From assembly GCF_001194135.2 (NCBI RefSeq), contig NC_068992.1:60768358-60832357 (forward strand): a stretch of DNA of 64,000 nucleotides, read 5' to 3'. The position numbers were made by a program, and so were the translations under genes. The notes under the pieces are model-generated. The model ran no database searches, was not told the origin of the DNA, and was given only the letters and a program-made list of their open reading frames with translations. Shown one piece after another: positions 39,778 to 53,500 of the stretch (position 1 is the first letter of the stretch; the number at the start of each line of letters is the position of its first letter). The DNA comes from Octopus bimaculoides (Eukaryota).

Positions 39778-42700
39778 NNNNNNNNNNNNNNNNNNNNNNN
39801 NNNNNNNNNNNNNNNNNNNNNNNNNNNNNNNNNNNNNNNNNNNNNNNNNNNNNNNNNNNNNNNNNNNNNNNNNNNNNNNNNNNNNNNNNNNNNNNNNNNN
39901 NNNNNNNNNNNNNNNNNNNNNNNNNNNNNNNNNNNNNNNNNNNNNNNNNNNNNNNNNNNNNNNNNNNNNNNNNNNNNNNNNNNNNNNNNNNNNNNNNNNN
40001 NNNNNNNNNNNNNNNNNNNNNNNNNNNNNNNNNNNNNNNNNNNNNNNNNNNNNNNNNNNNNNNNNNNNNNNNNNNNNNNNNNNNNNNNNNNNNNNNNNNN
40101 NNNNNNNNNNNNNNNNNNNNNNNNNNNNNNNNNNNNNNNNNNNNNNNNNNNNNNNNNNNNNNNNNNNNNNNNNNNNNNNNNNNNNNNNNNNNNNNNNNNN
40201 NNNNNNNNNNNNNNNNNNNNNNNNNNNNNNNNNNNNNNNNNNNNNNNNNNNNNNNNNNNNNNNNNNNNATATATATATATATATATATATAGAATATTTG
40301 TCTTATTTTTATTTCCATTTTGTAATATATTGCAGAGCAGACTCCTTTTCTCCCTCTCTTTCTCTACCTCCCTCCCTCCCTTTCTCTCTCTTAGACGCTG
40401 TCTTTCAACTTACACACGTACACAACATATACACGCACACATGCATGCACACACACGCAAAACGCGCGCGGGCGCACACTTACATATTTTGCTGTATATG
40501 CATACGTATTTGCATGTGTAGACCTATATAATGCATTTTTACATTCGATTTTTTTTTCATATATTTTATCATTAAATAATACATGGTTAATTTGGATAAT
40601 AAAATACGTCTGTGTGATTTATGATTCTCAATTCGCAAAATAAAACCCAATGAACATCCATTTTTTCTCCCGTTTATCTTAAAGTGCAAGATGTTGATTT
40701 TTTGCCTTTTACAGCAACATGAAACAAAAAGAATTTTCTTTCTTTATTTAAAAGCTATCGTTATGTTAGATACACGTCATATATTACTTTTAAGTAATTA
40801 ATATGAGAGTTTATCTTCGACTGATCTTTAGTTGCTTAGTTACCCATTCCTGTATATTAGCTAAAGGGAACATAAAGTGGATCCAGAGGGTTAATGATAA
40901 ATTTAGTCGTCTTTTTTTTCACATTATGATTTTCTTATTAGCATCACTTCAAGTCTGCCTCGCGCCTATAGAATATTGTGGTCAAAACTCATCCGGGTTT
41001 TCAAGATATTTAGGCTAAAAACATTTCCTGAACAGGATGTCAGTTCATTGCATGTCTAACCCCAAGATATCTCTGCTACTCCTTTTCAGCTGAGTTTGCT
41101 GGAGCAATGTGAAACGAAGTCTTTTGTTTAAGAAAACAACGCGATCGTATTCAGCACCCCTTAACCACTAGGCTACACGCTCTAAGAGCGTCACTTTATT
41201 TTATAAATTCACTGACTAGCTAAGGAGTAGGGATGCGCATGCTCACTGCACCTTCTAAAAGAGTTCAGTTAAATTTTCCCCAAGTAACACCACCCTTTTA
41301 GAAAATGAAGAACACATTGGATTTTATATAACTAGAAAATCCATTCCTTTTCTTCCTCAGACTTCGTGCATGGTTGAGAAAAAAGTACAGACAAATAAAC
41401 ACAGCTGGAATGTCTGTGATTGCATGTTTCCTCATAGAAAGATGTCCAGTAAACAGATGACTTCAAATTCACCGCTACTTCACTTCACTATATATATCAC
41501 CCATTTCATATCGATGATATATTTTCTATCATTGGAATATATTTGAAATAATAGAATTTCTTTAGAGGAATATTCCATCCTCATTTAATAAGGAAACGCT
41601 GAGTTTCCACTGAAATTATAATCGAAAGATGAATGACTCCCATAAGTTTACACACACACGCACACACGCACACATGCGCACATACGTTTGTGTATATNNN
41701 NNNNNNNNNNNNNNNNNNNNNNNNNNNNNNNNNNNNNNNNNNNNNNNNNNNNNNNNNNNNNNNNNNNNNNNNNNNNNNNNNNNNNNNNNNNNNNNNNNNN
41801 NNNNNNNNNNNNNNNNNNNNNNNNNNNNNNNNNNNNNNNNNNNNNNNNNNNNNNNNNNNATATATACACAAACGTATGTGCGCATGTGTGTGAGCGTGTG
41901 TGTACGCAGGCGCGCGGGCGTGTGTGTGTATCTAATTGTGCATTCTCTGACGCTCGATGATGAACGGTTGTGTGATTAAGAGCTTTCCTTCGCAACCACA
42001 TATTTTGAGGTTCGATCCCAACGGGCAGTTTCTTGGGCTGGTGTCTGCTGCTATAGCCATAAAATTGTCAGAACGGTTTCTGTAGTGCCAGAACATCACG
42101 AGTTAGCTGTTTTGTCTCGCATTGTAATTATTGCACTGCTTACTATAGTATGTGAACCAGCGACATTTTCGTCCCTAGAGTGATCTTTCTATCCGACAGT
42201 CTCCAACACAATACCTTGCGAGTTACGATATAAGCTTCACTTTTAAGGGTTATCGATACTTCTGTCAAGTGACGATAAGCAGATAAAAAAATAGTGAGTT
42301 GATGCGAAATGATAGAAGTCAAGTCCCAAGACAGAACGACTTATTAATTGCAGAGTTTACTACCAGTCTAATATCAATATTCAGTGATCTTTCGACGATC
42401 TTTGATTATTTTTTTGTCTTTCTATTAATTCCTCGACTTACTAGTGCTTACTATGAGACAAACAAGAAAATGAAGACTAATGCAGCTTGATAGCTAACTC
42501 CTACATTAAATCAACATTCCAGTTAAGTGTCTGTTATTACCTCTTTCCTTGACAGATATGATAGATTAATAATAATGCGTTGGGAGAAAACTGCATCAAT
42601 TAAATTGATAAATTCATGTCTTCCTTCAAATTATCTGTCCAAACAAATATGATTTCTTTCACTGACACGAGGTTATTCACTTAGAGAAGTTGCTAATGGA

Positions 42701-44399
42701 GGAGATTAAGGGAGGCGTTTAATCGATTGAATTGACCAATCCATAACATCGTTTGTGTGCATTTGGTTAACCCTAGAGAGTTGATGACAGACAGAGAATA
42801 GAAACATGAACAGGTCGTTAATAGAGAAGGTAAAAAGAGAGAAAGACCAAATACAATTGTTTTACAATCTATGTCAATTCACTGGCGATATTTTATTAAT
42901 GAAAGTGTGATATTTAAGCTTCCTATTTATGCTTGATGTTGTAGAGTGATATTCTAACTTCATAAACTATGGGCGCTGAATCCATCGTTCACAGCTGTTC
43001 TTATATTTAAACAACAAATAATAAATTTGCTGATGTGTGCGAAGCTTTGCCAATAACCACAGTGGTGCGATTTTCATACACGTTGTCTTCGGGAGACTTT
43101 GTCTCCAAGGGCACTTTCCGCAGAGAAGGTCTTTGTACGTCTAAGTGTACACGAAAATCTTAAATACGCACATATTTTAAACATTGCTTCTTAGTGTGCC
43201 TCTGGTTAATAAATTCCAACTTAAGAGAGCTTTTTCACGCATCAGTAAATTTGCTATTTAGTTCGGAAATTTAAGAACATCAGTTCTTATCACGCTATGA
43301 ACGATAGGTTCAGTGTCTGCAGCTGATGAAGCGTAACGAAACAGAAACGCGTGTCCTATAGTCCGATGACATCATTCATCGCCCAGCTGAATATTTTCCC
43401 AACAAAGGTCATTCCGTTTTTGAGTGAACACTAACATATTAAATATAATCGTGCACACCTATATTTTAAGCATCATTAGTAAACCTGTATTTTTAAACAT
43501 CGATACAAATTTTGTTCTCAATCGAAAATGAAAATTATATTGCGACATATGCTTAAGGAAAGTATGTATTTTTATAATGAGAATTATATAATGAATTATA
43601 TAATTAATGAATTATATGATTATTTCATTATATAATGAAAATTATATAATCATACATAATTTTGCTAAAGAAGTACAGTATTACATTGGTTCTGTTATTC
43701 ATCTGAATATTTTTAATTTATTTTCAGTTCCATCCCTTTCGAGCCAACGAATGAATCAAGTGTCTATATGCTCGCTCTACATGTTAGAAATAGCAAAGAA
43801 ATCTCCTTCAAAGATATTCTGTCTTACCAAATGGACAGGTATTAGATATTTTCGTCTCTCGGGTGTTGCAGCACACCCAATACGACAAACTCCATGCACC
43901 ACTGCTAAATAACAGCAACATTCGTCCTAACCAGGACTACCACGTTATGTTGGCAAATAATCTTTATTCTAGAGTACTATTACTGAATGTTTCTCGCGAG
44001 AGATTTAGAAATAATAATTTTTTCTATTCATTAGTATGTGAATGTGTGTCACTTTAAAAATTATAAATTTCGAACTAGCGTTTAGCAGTGCCATCTCTAG
44101 CCAAGCTAGCTGACGAAGTGAAACAACCACGAGACCGCGGTACGCAGATATTGCTTTGTGCTGAGAGGTGATGCTAAACACCTTTGTTCGAAAATATAAG
44201 GACACAGATAGTGGGTCGTATAACCAGCTGGAGACGAGGTTTCCTGTAGCTAAATAACAGTAACATTCATCCTAACCAGGACTGCCACATTANNNNNNNN
44301 NNAATTTGAAATCTACATAAAAGAAAAACCTAACGAAGTAAACAAGCATATTTATCTACTAAAATTGATGATGTCACTGCATATTTAAAGAACAAAAAC

Positions 44400-45065
44400 T
44401 GCAGACAAGAACTCTACGTTATGCTTAAAAGATAACTAAAGAATAAAGACTACAGATAATAATTCTACGTAATGTTTAATAGAAACTTACATACTTTATG
44501 TCACAATGATTAATTACCCATTCATTTATTTATTTAAGATAATAAACCCTTCTATAGGAATTAGCCTTATTTTATGATAATTTATGAATTATCATATTCA
44601 ACAACATATACAACCACCGTGGATCACACTGGGTAATTAAAAAATAAAAATTACAGAAAAGACAACGAAATATCTATTTATTCATTATGATAAACTCTTA
44701 TATAGGAATTAACCTTATTTTATAATAATTGAAAAAATATCATAATAAATAATAATATATACGATTATTGATGACTATGTTAGATAACTAAAGAATAAAA
44801 ATAACGGATAAATTACCTATTTATTTTTATACTATACCCTATTAAAGGAATTAAGATTATTATATAATAATTGAAAAATTACTATAATTAGTAATATATA
44901 TAATTCTCGTTGGATAATTAAAAGAATAAGAATTATAGATAAGAATTCTACATTATGCTTACTTGAAGCTTAGATACTTTATATCGCTATAATTAATTAC
45001 TTACTCATTATATTAAGCACTTTAATAATAATGAACCTTATTATATAAGGATTAATTAAAAGGCT
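44400..45065. repeat. Degenerate AT-rich minisatellite (about 140-190 bp modules)
   Basis: A recurring taggaattaaccttattttataataatt-like motif lies near 44555, 44703, 44845 and 45030, plus repeated gataactaaagaataaa. Confidence 0.65.
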
Positions 45066-45649
45066 ACTATAATTAATAATTGAAATATCTGAATGTCTTT
45101 CTAAATTTATGGCAACATTTTAGAGTTAAGTGCCCATTAAAATTCAATAAAACTAATTTAGAAGTAATTGTAAAATATATTTCTTCGAGGCAAAGATCAC
45201 AAGTAGAATTATCAATGTTAAATGATGGTGCATAACTAATAATGGACCACTTTAAATCATGTTTAAAATTCTTATCCTTTAAATTCCAAATGCATTTACT
45301 AAGATTAGTAAATTACTTCTATATTTAAAGGAATTAGAATGATTATAAAATCTAGATTTCCAACTAGTAGCAGAAAAACCAATATAGCAACACTTACGAT
45401 GTCTAGTTATTACTTCACATTAATATACTATATTCTTCTTTAAACACTGATTTCCTAAAGGGCATCGACTTTTGTTTACACAACTGCACATTGATTTGTT
45501 CCCTTGTAAACTGTCTTCATAGTTATAAGAATTTCTACTAGCATATGTCTGTAAAATAAGTATTAAGGTTGGATTATAATTATCATTATTATTAGAATTA
45601 ATATTAATACAAGGTATAAGACTAACTATAAAAAAGTGCTTTGTTATGT

Positions 45650-45960
45650 AACGCCGGAACAGTGCGTGAAGATAAAAAGCAAACTACAAGATGAAAAGGA
45701 AAAGAAAACAAAACACGTTTTCAGTTTTACTTTGTATTTCTATATTTAGGGGTTATGAACCCTTCTTCAGGACATTTGGAAAAAAAGCGATCCGTAGAAA
45801 AGTCATTGCTCTTGATAAACCCTTGCCGCAAATGTTTAACGCGACTTCATTTTGTCGCTTATACAACGCTCACAAACCAGTCTTGACATTTCTTCATCTT
45901 CAGGTTATATTTTCCATATCTACCATCTCTGGAGAGTACGCGTATTTAGATAACCATTCT
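45650..45960 (-). mobile_element. Probable PLE terminal remnant with decayed hammerhead
   Basis: Minus strand tgtc-ctgaaga-a-gggttcataaccc-c-taaa-tat-a-gaaa, followed by a pyrimidine-rich tail. Confidence 0.45.
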
Positions 45961-46939
45961 GTAATATAATATCCTGTTATCTAATACCCAGCACGAAACA
46001 GATTGGTAACATCGGCTGAAATGGATTTGTATCATGGTATATACATATGTGTATATAAGTGTATATATTATATGTATGTATAGAATCTTCCGGAGATACA
46101 AAAATATTCCCAAATTACGCAATTCCAAAATCTAGAATCATGAGATAATGATATAATCTACTAATTGATAAAACAATGTTAACTGAGACATAATAAATTA
46201 GGTGTAGGTGACAAGAGACAATTAAGATTTTAATTATGTATCAAGTTTTTATGACACCTTGAGCAGATACTCTGCAATATTGTTCATCGTTAATGGGCCG
46301 CTTGTGGTTTCAGGCAACTATATTTAACCGGAATCGAAGTTAATGGACGTATGTGTGTATATATATATATATNNNNNNNNNNNNNNNNNNNNNNNNNNNN
46401 NNNNNNNNNNNNNNNNNNNNNNNNNNNNNNNNNNNNNNNNNNNNNNNNNNNNNNNNNNNNNNNNNNNNNNNNNNNNNNNNNNNNNNNNNNNNNNNNNNNN
46501 NNNNNNNNNNNNNNNNNNNNNNNNNNNNNNNNNNNNNNNNNNNNNNNNNNNNNNNNNNNNNNNNNNNNNNNNNNNNNNNNNNNNNNNNNNNNNNNNNNNN
46601 NNNNNNNNNNNNNNNNNNNNNNNNNNNNNNNNNNNNNNNNNNNNNNNNNNNNNNNNNNNNNNNNNNNNNNNNNNNNNNNNNNNNNNNNNNNNNNNNNNNN
46701 NNNNNNNNNNNNNNNNNNNNNNNNNNNNNNNNNNNNNNNNNNNNNNNNNNNNNNNNNNNNNNNNNNNNNNNNNNNNNNNNNNNNNNNNNNNNNNNNNNNN
46801 NNNNNNNNNNNNNNNNNNNNNNNNNNNNNNNNNNNNNNNNNNNNNNNNNNNNNNNNNNNNNNNNNNNNNNNNNNNNNNNNNNNNNNNNNNNNNNNNNNNN
46901 NNNNNNNNNNNNNNNNNNNNNNNNNNNNNNNNNNNNNNN

Positions 46940-47050
46940 AGAGGAGGAGGAAGAGGAGGAGGAAGAGGAGGAGGAAGAGGAGGAGGAAGAGGAGGAGGAA
47001 GAGGAGGAGGAAGAGGAGGAGGAAGAGGAGGAGGAAGAGGAGGAAGAGGA
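46940..47050. repeat. (GAGGAGGAGGAA)n purine repeat
   Basis: 12-bp periodic GAG/GAA run beside a gap. Confidence 0.9.
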
Positions 47051-48252
47051 CAACGAGTGGAGACTAACTAAATGTATGAAACTCAGTACTTGACTAGCAG
47101 TTCTCAAGCTAAAAAGGGAAAGAACGCTTCCATGTAGTGGATAGATTTTCTACAAATAGCAACGAAAGCTTCCACAAAATCATGCTCCACATTGTCTTAG
47201 AAATAAATTCTAATTGGTACTTTACAGTGGTAAGAAACTCTCAGGATAGCTGAACAGCACAAAGTCTTCTGAGAAGAAACCCTTCTCAGGCAATTGTTTC
47301 GGCCCTTAACTTCTTACATTTTAAGGGGGCGGGTCGCATTCATGTCATGACTACAGATTGCCCTTCTGCTGACACTTTTTAGCTACTTGGATATTGGAGA
47401 CTCGTGCGTTTAAACTGTTTGGAAATTTCATATAGAAGTAACTCCTCTCAAGTTAACTCAGCTTTCAAACTTATTACACTTAAAGAAGAAATAACGTTAG
47501 TTGTCATGGAAGCGGTGAAACGTCAACGCTATCACAATGACACACTTAGAGTTACTTCCCTTGGCATTAAAATACAAATTTTATCGCCTTCAAGCGGTAT
47601 GAGAATCATTTTTGTTCCTCCTCGAAAAAAGTCCTCAGTACACTACATAAGGAAAAGCAAACGTGATAGTCTCTGAATGGCTGGAGAACTTCTGATCAAT
47701 GCCCTATTGTGTTACAATTGAACTTATGCTAAACAAAATCGGGAACAACTAGGTATATGGTTTTTGCAACACTATTACACGAGTTCAGGCAACACTGCAG
47801 GTGTGTATCAAGATTATATTAAATATCAAAAAAATAATTATACTTCGATAAACATTCATAGCTTGTATGTAGTTTTGCGGGAAATGTCATGCGCATAAAT
47901 TTAAATAGTTGTTAGCAAGAATTAAATCTTGGGGAATAGCCCTTTAAAATGAATAAATTTACAAGAATTAGCATTTTCTTTCGTTTTCAAGGCAGGAAAC
48001 CTAAATATTCTTTACTTACTTTTCTTCTTTTGAATTTAGATCTAAATTCATTTTCTGGATGTTGCAGGTCGAAGCTTATACCACGTGACGATTTCTTTCC
48101 TTTACCTACATTTGCTGATAGGAGAGTTCCCGGCGAACTTTTCCATTTGCAAATCGAGTTCTGAACAAGAATTGCATCGTATATTTTTAAAGCAAATCAA
48201 TATTTACTTGCAAAAATGTGTTTTGTAATGCATAACATCGAAACATACACAT

Positions 48253-48304
<52 letters not shown>

Positions 48305-48813
48305 ATGTGTATGTGTGTGTGAGTGTGTGTATGTGTGTGTGCAAGTATGCATGTATACACTATCATATATGTAAATATATATATGTAGTATATAAACGCT
48401 ATAATAAGCGCAAACATATCTGTATATAAATGCCTAAACATTGAATATATATTTATAATTAACGTTCATATATACATGCATAGATTTAAATACGTAATCA
48501 CTCATAATTACTCATGCACGTATGCAAACACCAAACGCTTGCGTGGCAGCTTATATTCTACATGTGTGCGTGTGTTTCTGTGTATGTGTGTGTACGCGAG
48601 AAAGTATGTGCGCGCGCGAGCGTGTGTGGTGTATATATATATAAACGTGCATTTGTGTATGTATTTACGTGTATATATGTATATATATATATATTTATAT
48701 ATGTACATATATATGCATCGATATATATGTGTGTGTATGGGTTTGTGTCTGTGTGCGTGTGTATGTGTGTATGCATTTATTTATATAAGTATATATGAAT
48801 AATGTGTAAATAT

Positions 48814-48847
<34 letters not shown>

Positions 48848-49689
48848 GCCGTCTCAGTGGTTATAGGCACATCCGTATTCCTGTATACATATACACATGT
48901 AGATATCCATAAGTATATATACATATAAATATATACACACATGTATATATATCCATAAGTGTGTGTATATATAAATATATCATGTCGTCTAAATGGCTGT
49001 AGATAAACATCAACTTAAAAGTTAATGAAAATCTATTTTGTGTTCGTTTTTTATTTTATGGTCGGTCGTGTCAAGTTAATGAAAAATAAAATCTATGAAT
49101 ATCAACGTTAATAAAACTTACTTTCAGATATTGAATTTTCTCCATACCTCCACATACGTACACACACACACATACACACACACACACACAGACACCGATA
49201 CACACGCACGCACACACATACACACACACTACAGCTTAATTTCTTTTAAATGGTACTTACAGCGGTATTTTCATTTTCATATCGGCTAAGAACGAATAGA
49301 GTCTCTGTTGCTATTTTTGAGACGTTATATTACATGACCTCCAACTATCCCACCTCCCTCCCGGCCATCGCCGTCGTCACCACCAGACTTTCGCATGCTA
49401 TTGGTTGTTTCTCATACTTACAGTTCCTTATGCAATGTAAAATATATAATACCATATTGCGTATTAGAAGCTGTTTTAAAATTTCGTTATAAATTTCATC
49501 TTCAAATAAACATTCTGTTTGTATGTTGGGGTGGGTGGGGTTGTTCTTTTTTTAGACATTTGCAATGTCTCGAATCCCCACCTTAGACGTATGAACGTTG
49601 TTTTTACTTTCGTTTTCTCTAATGTACAGGATCACTTGACGAAGTAATAATATATATGCGCGCATAGAGACACAGACATAGATAGACCG

Positions 49690-49766
49690 ATAGCTAGCTA
49701 GCTAGCTAGCTAGCTAGCTAGCTAGCTAGATAGATAGATAGATAGATAGATAGATACATACATACA

Positions 49767-49796
<30 letters not shown>
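49690..49796. repeat. Compound tetranucleotide (GCTA)n(GATA)n(CATA)n
   Basis: Directly visible. Confidence 0.95.
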
Positions 49797-49797
<1 letters not shown>

Positions 49798-50153
49798 CGC
49801 TTATCTTTTACTTGTTTCAGTCAATCTGTTGCAGCCATTCTGATATACTACCTTAAAGACAGAGGCAAGTGAGGGAACAACAAGATGGGTTAGTTTGAGC
49901 TCAGGAAAAATGAAGAAGTCTCTGAAAAGGTATTTTTCCATGTTGTTATTATTATTATTATTATTATTATTCAGTAGTTTTATTTTTATAACGTGCTTTC
50001 ACTTCACTACCGAGCGCAGCTCTGTGCGCCTTGGGTATGTGCTGTGGTTTGCTGTGGTGCTCTTATGTTTACTGTATTGAAAGTGTTNNNNNNNNNNNNN
50101 NNNNNNNNNNNNNNNNNNNNNNNNNNNNNNNNNNNNNNNNNNNNNNNNNNNNN

Positions 50154-50239
<86 letters not shown>

Positions 50240-50299
50240 TGATGATGATGATGATAATAATAGCAACAACAAAAACAACAACATCAACATTTCCCCAAG

Positions 50300-50343
50300 A
50301 CACCTGATGAAGGCTGGAGAGTATATCAGCCGAAACGTTGCGT
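50300..50343 (+). ncRNA. Minimal type I hammerhead ribozyme motif (PLE-type)
   Basis: ACAC-CTGATGA-A-GGCTG-gagagtatat-CAGCC-GAAA-CGT-T-GCGT: intact core, 5-bp stem II, palindromic ACGT stem III, GUU cleavage triplet, and stem I with 3 of 4 pairs. Confidence 0.7.
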
Positions 50344-50999
50344 TAACAACAAACAAGAAAAGGACAAATATCCGTCAATTGTAAATAATATAAATTCTAT
50401 TTAATTTTAATAATATTTTCTGTCCATTTTCAATGTCATTCCTAACGTGAGTGTGTGTGTGCACGCGCGCGCAATGAAATCAGACGAAATATCTTAAATT
50501 ATGTTGATCTAAAGATAATATTGAAGACATTTATTGTATAGTCATAGAGTGAAAGTAACTTCGTCGAGAAATAGAGAGGACCAATGATGGCAGTCTCACG
50601 TAGACCGAGAAAGACGGTTCTGCAGATTCTTGCTGAACCTGCACGCCGGCATGCACACCCACGCACACAACAAGGTCTCAAGCAGACAAACGCAGCCTCC
50701 GTAACGAACTAAGTCGAAAGTCATTGAAAAGTTTGCAAGTAACAACGAAAGAGCTTTGACAAGAACAAGATAAATGACTTACTGTTTAACCAAATTAAAC
50801 AAACAATCGATTAGTTAGTTGGATATTTAACAAATTGACTAATATTAAAAGAGTTTATTTCAACACACGAATTAACATAATGAATCTTGCAAACCACAAA
50901 TTATCTAACAAATTATCTGCACAAATTATCTAACATTATCTAGTTATTATCTAACATGTAATGTGCCATACATTAGCTCACTTCCTCCATCAAATCGAC

Positions 51000-51170
51000 A
51001 TTGCTTGAACCGGTGAACGGTTTGCTACACGTCAGATGTCGAAGTGATCGTAAAACAACATGAGATGAAGTGTTTTGCTCAAGAACTCAGTGCTCCACCC
51101 TGTCCAGGAATTGAAGCCACGATCTTGCAATCGTTAGTGCGACTCCCTAATCACTAAGTCATTCACCTTT
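51000..51170 (-). mobile_element. SINE family C-related copy
   Basis: gtgagatgaagtgttttgctcaagaac-like core...cctaatcactaagtcattcaccttt. Confidence 0.65.
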
Positions 51171-51574
51171 ACATGATAACCAATACCGCATGTTATATAA
51201 CATTCAACATCATCGGTGTAATGAGAATTAATTGCATCAAATTCACTAAACGAAACCCCTGTGTTGCTAACAAATTAAAGATTCATGAAATCTTGTTTAA
51301 ACGGTGTTAAATATTGAAAATTGGGCATTACTGTGCTGCATCAAAATATTGTGGAACGAAATGTTCTTCCTGCAATCATAAAACACAGTAGAAAATTCAA
51401 GGATTAAATTAACTTTTTGTAGCTGTATTATGTAAGTTTTGCCAAGATATCTCAATATGCACAATGTTGAGTCAGCATTTAAAAGAGTCCACTTATGTCT
51501 GTCATTCAAACATTAATGATTTCAAGAGTAGTGACTTTGTTGTAGTGTTATATAATCATCATGACTACAGAGCC

Positions 51575-51575
<1 letters not shown>

Positions 51576-51638
<63 letters not shown>

Positions 51639-51742
51639 AGAAGAAGAAGAAGAAAACAAAAGAAGAAGAAGAAGAAGAAGAAGAAGAAGAAGAAGAAGAA
51701 GAAGAAGAAGAAGAAGAAGAAGAAGAAGAAGAAGAAGAAGAG
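51576..51742. repeat. (AGT)n plus (AGA)n trinucleotide repeats
   Basis: Directly visible. Confidence 0.95.
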
Positions 51743-52471
51743 GTGAGAGAGAGGCAGATAGAGAGGGAGAAAGAGAGCAGCAGAAAGGGAGATCATAACT
51801 GAATGTTGAACAAGCGTTTGTGAAATGTCGGTGATTGAAGATTTGCCAATCACTTTGGCGGACGTAACACTGGCTATTATCTAACATGTAAGATTGTGTG
51901 ATTTATATCACAGATCTAAAATTTCATGCGCATAATAACTATGTAGATATTAAAGATAGTGAAGTGGCAGTATCGTTAGAGCGTCGAACAAACTGCTTTG
52001 TGCGTATTTAGTTACAGCTCTTTGCATTCAGAGTTCATGCACCATTGAGGTCAGCTTATATCATTGTGGTTATGCAAATCGGTCTAACTTATTTAGGAAA
52101 GTCATGATATATATCGACATAAATATCTGTTGACCATATACCTCTCTTTCCCCAGTAATGCAAAGTAGGGTGCCCACAGTCCACCCCTACTTTTTCTCTG
52201 TCCACAGAGAAACAAAAGATTATTTGTTTACATTTGTCCACAGTTATTAGATAATACATCAGAGTGATGCGTAAAATTTGCAAAGTCTTTCATCAGACAT
52301 TCCTTTCTGTATATTTCGCTTTATGCAACAAACTTTGTTTAGTGACTCATTAAGTGTGTATATGTTTGTGCGTGTATGTGTGTTTTCTCGTGTATGTATG
52401 TATTTATATAGTTCTCCTTCCTGTCCCTCACTATACATACATACATGCATACATGCACACACACACACACA

Positions 52472-52565
<94 letters not shown>

Positions 52566-53019
52566 ACCTGTAAGTAGCAACTACTTCATCGTCAATAGTT
52601 TTTCTTTCTTTCATTTGATTGAGTAAGTATCATGATGTCTGTTTTTCAATCACCAATATTACTTAATCAATTCAGCCATTGGAACGAGAACCAATACAAT
52701 ACTGTCCTTCAGGCATCGTTTCATGATAATCGATATTCTTTCCTGTTTTACTTTTGATTCAGCAATATATTTCTATCAGTTTCCTATAGAATATTTCAAT
52801 CGGTTAAAAGGTAATTAATATTTATACGCTTCGAATAGCACAGTAGTAACGTTAGCTTCTCTGCCGTTGCTAAAACATTTAAATATATGAATAAAAATTA
52901 TATATTTTATATTTCATTCAGGTAAACAGACATATTTAGACGTGTATGAGTATATTTTTTTCCTTTGGTGTATCTATAAGTTCTGTTCTACTTCTGTTGA
53001 TCTCATCGATATGGAGACT

Positions 53020-53500
53020 CTAATTCTAATTGAAAGAAGTCTTCTTACACACTTCCTTTCTTGTCCATCAATCGTAGTGATCCCTTTCCTATTGAACCTT
53101 TAGATTTTTTTTTCCTAACATAATACTCTTTTCTATTCCACAAGCCCTCATTACCTTTCTTTGACAATCAGTGGTTTAGTTTGATTCACTATTGATCTTC
53201 TCTCTGTCCACGATATTCTCAATAATCTTTTCCAGCACCATATTTCAAATTCATCAATTTCCCTTCTTTCATGTTTGTTAATCGTCTAGCTTTCGCATCC
53301 GCGCATCATTACTGGATATACCATTGATTTTTAACAACTTCGTCTTTGTTCTTTTTGATACTCCTTTATATTTCATGATGTTCTGTAGTCCCATTATGAT
53401 ACCCTTTCCATGAGCTGTTCTTTTGTAATTTTATCTGAACATCTTTTATTTCTTTCAGCTTTGAATCCCACACTCCATAAAGAAGCGAAATTCATACATT
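53020..53500 (-). mobile_element. RTE (BovB-like) LINE RT C-terminal fragment
   Basis: GKGIIMGLQNIMKYKGVSKRTKTKLL..MVYPVMMRGCES*TINKHERREIDEFEIWCWKRLLRISWTERRS matches the RTE MVFPVVMYGCESWT...IDAFELWCWRRLLR.PWT motif. Confidence 0.9.

Noticed and set aside
48031-48050. Perfect 20-bp palindrome tgaatttagatctaaattca
   Set aside because: AT-rich, isolated and with no associated structure; not distinguishable from chance or local hairpin repair.
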